Shown here: positions 58,239-64,000 of the stretch, in pieces
Position numbering within the stretch: the stretch's first letter is position 1
How the letters are laid out: each line of letters begins with the position of its first letter
NCBI GenBank assembly: GCA_041489255.1
Contig: JBGPQV010000001.1
Coordinates: 96,001 to 160,000, forward strand
Origin: Thermoplasmata archaeon
GTDB taxonomy: Archaea; Thermoplasmatota; Thermoplasmata; RBG-16-68-12; JAFNFQ01
DNA: 64,000 nucleotides
Direction of reading: 5' to 3'
Notes under the pieces: model-generated
Told to the model about the DNA's origin: nothing
The model's database searches: none
The model's input: the letters and a program-made list of their open reading frames with translations, nothing else
Translations under genes and position numbers: made by a program

Positions 58239-58619
58239 GGTTCTGTTGAGCCAGGGCGAGCCTGACCGCTCCGTTGAATCTTCTCCAAGGAGTTCCTCAC
58301 CCGGGTCACCGCCACGTAGACTATCGCCTTCGTGACCGGATCTATGGCCACCCAGACGTAGCAGTCCCGCCTGCCCTCCATGAGGGGCGCCTCGTCCACG
58401 ACTACGATATCGGGCAGCCCCCCTTGGTGGAACATGCCCGCCATGGCCGTCCCGAACTTCTGTATCCAGCCCCAGACAGCCAGGTGGCTTCTCCTGCGCA
58501 CAACACCTTTTTCTTTCAGGAGACCTATCAGACCTTCGGTCCCACTCGCTTCTGGCATGTTTGATTACAAAACTGCATCAGGAGTGAAGGGACTTCCTTT
58601 TCGCTAACTTGACAGAACC
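58239..58619 (-). mobile_element. internally deleted IS6-family element with a transposase remnant
   Basis: Ends GGTTCTGTTGAG / CTTGACAGAACC; fragment RSHLAVWGWIQKF...VVVDE...YVWVAIDP. Confidence 0.85.
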
Positions 58620-58669
58620 GGAGGATGGGCGGCACAAGTATCTTATGGCGGCGTTGCCAATGCTTCATC

Positions 58670-59557
58670 ATGTGGGGTCATGGCGTTCGTGAGGGCCCGT
58701 CTTCTGCGTTTGTGTTGTCCGCGCTGATCGCCGCGGCATTGATCATCTGCGCATTTCCGGATTCTACGGCGGCGTCAGGGGACAAGCCGTCGTGGAGCGT
58801 TGGGGACTATTGGGAATACGATGGTTGGAACTACCCCTACGTCTTCAAGCAAAGGGTTGAGGTCAAGGGCGAGGAGACGTTAATCCAGAACGGGAGGAGC
58901 TATTCCGCCTTCAAGCTCTTCTTTAACAGTACCCTATCCCTCGGACCCGAAGTTGAGACGTATACATACTCCCATTGGTACCAATCATCCGACTTATCCC
59001 TCCTCAGGTTAGAATCCAACATGAGCGCCATAAACGCCACCGCCACAGTGACTTACGACCCGCCATTGCCCGTATTCCAATTTCCTATGGAGGTCGGCGA
59101 GACGTGGACATCGTCAAGCAACATCGTCATGAACAAGACTTGCACGAATTGCACCCTTATCGTACCAACGAACCTCAACAGGGAAATCACTTCAATCGTC
59201 GACCTCACCCTGACCTTGAATATGAGTGGACAAGGACAGACGCGCACATTCAGAACCTACGTGCTTAAGGAGTCATGGACGACGCCCGGCCACTATCTCT
59301 CTTATTACTCGGATGACGCCGGTTTCTGGGTCAAGCGCGAAGCATTCGCTGACAACGGCACAAGGATGATGGAGTATTCCTTGACATCATTCGGCTATGC
59401 GCTAGCGCCCGCCCCGCCAAATACGATAATCATGGTAATCATCATCGTCATCGTGGCCTGTGCGATTACCGTATTCATCATCCTGATTCGGCTGCGAAGA
59501 AGGTCAGCTGCGAGCCTGCCTCGGTCCGAGGACGAGACTGAGCCGCCACTCCCCTAG
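58670..59557 (+). CDS. secreted beta-rich protein with a C-terminal membrane anchor
   Basis: Signal peptide, PSWSVGDYWEY, FQFPMEVGETW, C-terminal TM followed by RLRRR. Confidence 0.75.
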   Translation: MWGHGVREGPSSAFVLSALIAAALIICAFPDSTAASGDKPSWSVGDYWEYDGWNYPYVFKQRVEVKGEETLIQNGRSYSAFKLFFNSTLSLGPEVETYTYSHWYQSSDLSLLRLESNMSAINATATVTYDPPLPVFQFPMEVGETWTSSSNIVMNKTCTNCTLIVPTNLNREITSIVDLTLTLNMSGQGQTRTFRTYVLKESWTTPGHYLSYYSDDAGFWVKREAFADNGTRMMEYSLTSFGYALAPAPPNTIIMVIIIVIVACAITVFIILIRLRRRSAASLPRSEDETEPPLP

Positions 59558-59713
59558 TAAAAATCCCGTAATCCCAAAGCAAGAATGAAAGAGGGAGGAT
59601 ACCGCCATAATCGCATGTTCGAACGTGAGTATCCTTCCTCTACACCATTTGCTCCATTCATCTTGAAGCATGACGGAATCGACCGCCGTGAGACAGTAAT
59701 GATTTTCACTAGG
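59553..59713. repeat. 161-bp nested inverted-repeat element (MITE-like or structured RNA)
   Basis: CCTAGTAAAAATC / GATTTTCACTAGG ends; inner AGAGGGAGGATAC / GTATCCTTCCTCT. Confidence 0.55.
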
Positions 59714-59745
59714 CCGCGCATTCGCCCCTCGGCGAGGGCACATAG

Positions 59746-60792
59746 ATGGACGCAAGAAGGAAGAGACAGCACCTGAAGCATCCGAGAATCGAAATCGAGG
59801 CGGGCAGGCGCACCGCTGGCGAGCTCCTGGAGGACATGGCGGAGACCGCCTTCCAGGGAAGGAAGATGGGCGAGGCCTTCGCCGTATGGAAACAGATGCT
59901 TTCCGAGAGGAACACGACCGTCTTCATGGGACTGGCGGGCGCGATGGTGCCTGCGGGCATGGGCCGCCTTGTATCGTTCCTAGTTGAGCGGAGAGGCATC
60001 GACGTCCTCGTGACGACGGGCGCCGCCCTCTCGCATGACCTGTACCAGGCACTCGGCCGCCAGCACTTCATGGGCACGCCGCAGGTCGACGATGATGAGT
60101 TGCAGAGGCTCAGGATCGACAGGGTCTACGACACGTACACCGACGAGGACGGCCTCTACGCGGCGGACAAATGGGTCATGCGCACCCTCCCGGAACTCCT
60201 CGACGACCACACACCATACACCTCAAGAGAGATTGTCGAGGTCATAGGGCGGGAGGTCAACAAGATGAAGCACGGGCGCGGCTCCCTGCTCGCGACGGCC
60301 TACAGGTCGAAGCTCCCAATCTTCGTGCCCGCGTTCGGGGACTCCAGCATCGGATTCGCGCTCATGTTCGCGAACCGAAAACGAAAGAGGAACATCGTCG
60401 TGGACATGATGAGAGACGTCGATCAGACCTGCCAGATCACTGAGCGTGCGGGAAAGACCGGGGTCGTCTTGATAGGCGGCGGTGTCCCGAAGAACTACAT
60501 TCAGCAGACCGCCGTCGTGGCGGGCTACGAGACGGACAAGGAAATGATGCACAAGTTCGGCGTGTCGATCACGACCGACTCGCCGCAGTGGGGCGGACTG
60601 AGCGGCTGCACGTTCGATGAGTCGAAGAGCTGGGGCAAGTACGACGTGAACGCTGTGTTCGCCACATGCTACGCCGACGCCACCATCGCGCTCCCGATGC
60701 TCGTCAACGGGCTGGCAGAGTGGAAAGGCCTGAAAAACAGGAAGCCGCCGAGATTCGATTGGAGCGGCAAGCGATTGAAACTCACGTACTGA
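59746..60792 (+). CDS. dys: deoxyhypusine synthase
   Basis: GLAGAMVPAG, GDSSIG, GGGVPKNY, GGLSGCTFDESKSWGK and DATIALP. Confidence 0.95.
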   Translation: MDARRKRQHLKHPRIEIEAGRRTAGELLEDMAETAFQGRKMGEAFAVWKQMLSERNTTVFMGLAGAMVPAGMGRLVSFLVERRGIDVLVTTGAALSHDLYQALGRQHFMGTPQVDDDELQRLRIDRVYDTYTDEDGLYAADKWVMRTLPELLDDHTPYTSREIVEVIGREVNKMKHGRGSLLATAYRSKLPIFVPAFGDSSIGFALMFANRKRKRNIVVDMMRDVDQTCQITERAGKTGVVLIGGGVPKNYIQQTAVVAGYETDKEMMHKFGVSITTDSPQWGGLSGCTFDESKSWGKYDVNAVFATCYADATIALPMLVNGLAEWKGLKNRKPPRFDWSGKRLKLTY

Positions 60793-60880
60793 CCTCCTGT
60801 CGCGAGGACTGGGCCATCGCGAACCCACGAGCAAAAGTAGATAAATGAACCGTTGATACGAGTGAAATGCCGAGGTCTTG

Positions 60881-60988
60881 ATGAAGCGCAGCTCTAGAGC
60901 GTGGAAGAAAAGAGGAAAGCAGCGCTGGAAGTGGCGCAAGAAGAAGATGCGCCGCCGGAAGCGCGAGCAGAAGATGAGACAGCGCTAG
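60881..60988 (+). CDS. rpl41e: ribosomal protein L41e (eS32)
   Basis: MKRSSRAWKKRGKQRWKWRKKKMRRRKREQKMRQR*; below the ORF-track size cutoff. Confidence 0.9.
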   Translation: MKRSSRAWKKRGKQRWKWRKKKMRRRKREQKMRQR

Positions 60989-60999
60989 CGTTGCGCCGT

Positions 61000-61173
61000 G
61001 GGGACGTAGGCTAACCTGGTAGACTGGCGGGCTCCAGTTATGGACGTGAACGGCAACGGGTTTGCTGACTCCGTGATGACTGACTGGAGCTGTGACCCTG
61101 ATTCCGTGTCAGGTGGGGTCGCACCCCACCTGGTGGAAACCCGCTGACCTGGGTTCAAATCCCAGCGTCCCCA
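61000..61173 (+). tRNA. tRNA-Trp(CCA) with a 101-nt intron (61038-61138)
   Basis: GGGGACG/CGTCCCC acceptor; CCA at 61034-61036; T-arm CTGGG-TTCAAAT-CCCAG. Confidence 0.93.
61046..61095 (+). ncRNA. box C/D guide RNA inside the tRNA-Trp intron (Cm34/Cm39)
   Basis: Guide CGGGTTT + D' CTGA (61065-68); C' GTGATGA (61073-79); guide CTGGAGC + D GTGA (61092-95). Confidence 0.85.
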
Positions 61174-61286
61174 CTCAAATTCTCCAATAGCGGGACTCGA
61201 ATCCATTCTTTCCCATTCCGACATCTTGCGTCGATACTTTAAAGACACCGACTCTGATGTGTGTAAAAATAGGGGATGACAGATTT

Positions 61287-64000
61287 ATGTCGAAGGATTC
61301 GCACATTCGGGCTCGCTTGATGACTGTCGTTGTCGCGTCTGCGATGGTGCTCAGCCTATTGCTCGTCTCGAGCGGTAAGACTGGAGCGCACACGGGAGAT
61401 TGGATTGATTCGGCCTGGACCACGTCCCCGCCGACGATCGATGGGTCCATGGCTGCGGGTGAATGGTCCGACGCCGCTTCAGCTGACCTGGGGGCCATCC
61501 CGGGGAACGCGTTCCTGGCATATCTCCTGGTCAAGAACGACGCGAACTTCCTCTACATAGCCTATGATGCCGTCGGGGATGCCACGGTGGACTCGATGGA
61601 TGAAGCGGCCGTGTCTTTCGACACGGGCCATGACGTCACCACAACCGTGGGAGGCGAGAGTGAGTTCTCCTGGGGTCCCGGAGCGAACAACGGGCAGGCA
61701 CATCTCGTGTTCGATGGTTCTGGATGGAGCACCGAGGACAGCCCCTTCGACACGGGTCTGCCTAATCACGCGGGACTCGCCAGCGCATTCGGTTACGGGC
61801 CGAGTGACCTCAACGCGCTCGACCATAGAATCTATGAGCTCCAAATTCCGCTTGCACTGCTGGATGCAGTCCCGACTGATGTGATCGGCTTTCTGGGCGC
61901 AAGTGAGCCGTCCCCCGGAGTATGGGACGCGGGCACCGGCTACGATTGCTGGCCTGCCGCCCTGACGGGCCCTCCTTCCTTGGTGGACTACGGCGATCTA
62001 AGGATAGGCCGGGCGCCCATGGCTGCCGACCTCGACATGAACCCACCGTCGCAGGTCGGACAAGCCCTTCCCTCATCGAGCGCCGACTACACAATCACCG
62101 TGGTGAACCGCGGGACTGCCAATGATATCTTCGAAATGCAGGTGATGTCCGTCTGGGTCACCGACCTGTTCGACTCAGGAGGCGTGAACCCCCTCGTCGA
62201 TAGCGACGGGGACTTGATCCCCGACACGGGGAGCCTCGGCCCTGGGGCGAACGTCCAGATCATCGCGCGGGTGAACACTCCGGCGTCAGGCACATGCGAC
62301 GATGCTCTGATCACCGGCACGTCTTCGAACGATCCGTTGACCTCGAACACCGCCGTCGTGAGCACGTGCCTCACGGGAGCTGGCCTGAATCCGCCTCATG
62401 CAGACTCCGGAATCGACACGGATCTGCCGGCGAATGGTCTCTACGACGAGCTGCAGATCGATGTCGGCGTCATGGTAGGCACAGACGGCTTCTATGACGT
62501 CGCAATCGACCTCTACGATCCTTCTGACGTCTTCTTCATCACATCCGGCAGCAATTACAACTACCTCTCCACCGGTCCCCAGATCGTGTCGGTCTTCCTG
62601 CAGGGGGCAACGATCTACGATAGCGGCTTCGACGGCCAGTATGTGGCGTACATCTATCTTTACGATGATTTCGGAAACACGCTGGACATCGGGATGTATG
62701 TCACGGCATCCTATATGCACACCGATTTCGACGGACCCGATGCGCTGCTGAACCCGCCGCATTCCGATTTCGGGATGGATACCGATTCCCCGCCGAACAG
62801 CCTATACGATGAACTATGGATCAATGTCGGCGTCATGGTGAGCGTCGATGGCTATTACGAGGTCGATGTCGCTCTCTACGATCCTTCTGACATCTTCTAC
62901 ATTACATCCGCCGTCAACTACAGCTACCTCCCCACCGGCCCTCAAAGCGTGTCGGTCATCCTTCAGGGACTGGATATCTACGACAGCGGCTACGACGGGC
63001 AGTACGTGGCGTACATCTACCTCTATGACGACTTCGGCAATCCCCTGGACAACGGGATATACGTCACCTCGTCCTACGCGCACACAGACTTCGACGGACC
63101 GGGTGGCTTGTTCAATCCGCCGCACAGCGATCACGGCATCGACACCGATGTCCCACCAAATGGGCTGTACGACGAGCTCGTGATAGATGTGGGCGTGACC
63201 GTCACTGAGGCCGGGACCTACGCGATAAGCGGCCCCCTCTTCGACCAGTTCATGAATTTCATCGCATTCAACAATACGGTCGTTGATCTGGCTATCGGAA
63301 ACCAAGTCGTCCCCCTCGCGTTCTCGGGGCTGCAGATCTTCCTATCTGGACTCGATGGCCCCTATACCACGTCATTAGCACTCTCCGACCTCAACGTCAC
63401 CCTGGACTCAAACACCTACACCACGGGCGTATACAGCTGCACCGATTTCGACACGCTGCCCGGCCGGTTCGAGCCGCCACACAACGACCGCGGCCTGGAT
63501 CTCACTGTGCCCGCCGACGGCCTTTACGAGTTCCTTGAACTGGCGATCATAGTGAATGTGTCGGAGGCTGCCTCCTTTGAAATCGATGTAGAACTGTACG
63601 ACTCGACCGGCATGAACTACATCCTCTCGACGAATGTGATCGAGGACCTTGACTTCGGGTTGCAGACTGTGCCGGTCAGGCTGGACGGGCTCACGATACG
63701 CAACTCTGGATTCGACGGACCCTACGAGGCGGACCTATACCTCATCAGCGATTCCATTACAATCGACGTTGACATTTACGTGACTCAGGCATATCTGCAT
63801 TCAGACTTCTCCCCAGAGGGTGCCGCATTCACCCCGCCATACTCCGACTGGACCGTTGACTATGATGTACCTCCAGACGGCAAGGCCGACCTCCTTCTCG
63901 TCGAAGTGAACATCGACGTCATGATTGACGGGCCCTATTCCGTCATGGCCATGCTGGTGGCGTCCGGTTCGATATTCATCGAATTCACTGAGGTGCGACA
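61287..64000 (+). CDS. large secreted repeat protein, partial (runs off the window)
   Basis: Signal peptide MSKDSHIRARLMTVVVASAMVLSLLLV; CBM9-like PPTIDG..GEWSDA; ~120-aa PPHxDxGxDTDxPxNGLYDEL repeats at 62391, 62754, 63117, 63474 and 63834. Confidence 0.88.
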   Translation, partial: MSKDSHIRARLMTVVVASAMVLSLLLVSSGKTGAHTGDWIDSAWTTSPPTIDGSMAAGEWSDAASADLGAIPGNAFLAYLLVKNDANFLYIAYDAVGDATVDSMDEAAVSFDTGHDVTTTVGGESEFSWGPGANNGQAHLVFDGSGWSTEDSPFDTGLPNHAGLASAFGYGPSDLNALDHRIYELQIPLALLDAVPTDVIGFLGASEPSPGVWDAGTGYDCWPAALTGPPSLVDYGDLRIGRAPMAADLDMNPPSQVGQALPSSSADYTITVVNRGTANDIFEMQVMSVWVTDLFDSGGVNPLVDSDGDLIPDTGSLGPGANVQIIARVNTPASGTCDDALITGTSSNDPLTSNTAVVSTCLTGAGLNPPHADSGIDTDLPANGLYDELQIDVGVMVGTDGFYDVAIDLYDPSDVFFITSGSNYNYLSTGPQIVSVFLQGATIYDSGFDGQYVAYIYLYDDFGNTLDIGMYVTASYMHTDFDGPDALLNPPHSDFGMDTDSPPNSLYDELWINVGVMVSVDGYYEVDVALYDPSDIFYITSAVNYSYLPTGPQSVSVILQGLDIYDSGYDGQYVAYIYLYDDFGNPLDNGIYVTSSYAHTDFDGPGGLFNPPHSDHGIDTDVPPNGLYDELVIDVGVTVTEAGTYAISGPLFDQFMNFIAFNNTVVDLAIGNQVVPLAFSGLQIFLSGLDGPYTTSLALSDLNVTLDSNTYTTGVYSCTDFDTLPGRFEPPHNDRGLDLTVPADGLYEFLELAIIVNVSEAASFEIDVELYDSTGMNYILSTNVIEDLDFGLQTVPVRLDGLTIRNSGFDGPYEADLYLISDSITIDVDIYVTQAYLHSDFSPEGAAFTPPYSDWTVDYDVPPDGKADLLLVEVNIDVMIDGPYSVMAMLVASGSIFIEFTEVR

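Noticed and set aside
61186-61205. Inverted tRNA T-arm-like fragment (GGATTCGAGTCCCGC on the minus strand)
   Set aside because: Too short, with no acceptor or anticodon arm.

Overview
GC-rich archaeal chromosomal window. The gene content points to an uncultured Thermoplasmata-like euryarchaeon: TBP, FEN-1, Rpo11, L41e, DUF835/KaiC-like ATPase, intron-containing tRNAs and PKD surface proteins (lineage is inferred). Most of it is housekeeping (glmM, fen, rpe, TldD/PmbA, Lhr, truD, ahpC, dys) plus large secreted repeat proteins and coiled-coil proteins. Main observations: (1) a tRNA-Arg(UCU) locus at 55.2-56.6 kb with three identical tRNA copies (one 5'-truncated) separating antisense DUF2019-like, immunity-type gene cassettes, with no integrase in the window; a small island follows (orphan AT-rich gene, DUF6266-like gene with 11-bp phased upstream repeats, IS6 remnant); (2) two 125-bp MITE copies, each with a perfect 9-bp target duplication, equal in length but only about 54% identical; (3) a ~2390-aa scaffold protein with two Ig+longin-like modules and an IleRS C-terminal domain; (4) tRNA-Ile2(CAU) with a T-loop (59/60) intron, tRNA-Asn with a canonical intron, and tRNA-Trp with a C/D-guide intron; (5) a CBS-HPF fusion (probable ribosome hibernation factor), a eukaryote-type PP2C phosphatase, an acr3 pseudogene and two genes that appear to use near-cognate start codons. 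All family calls come from motif recognition by eye; no database searches were run.
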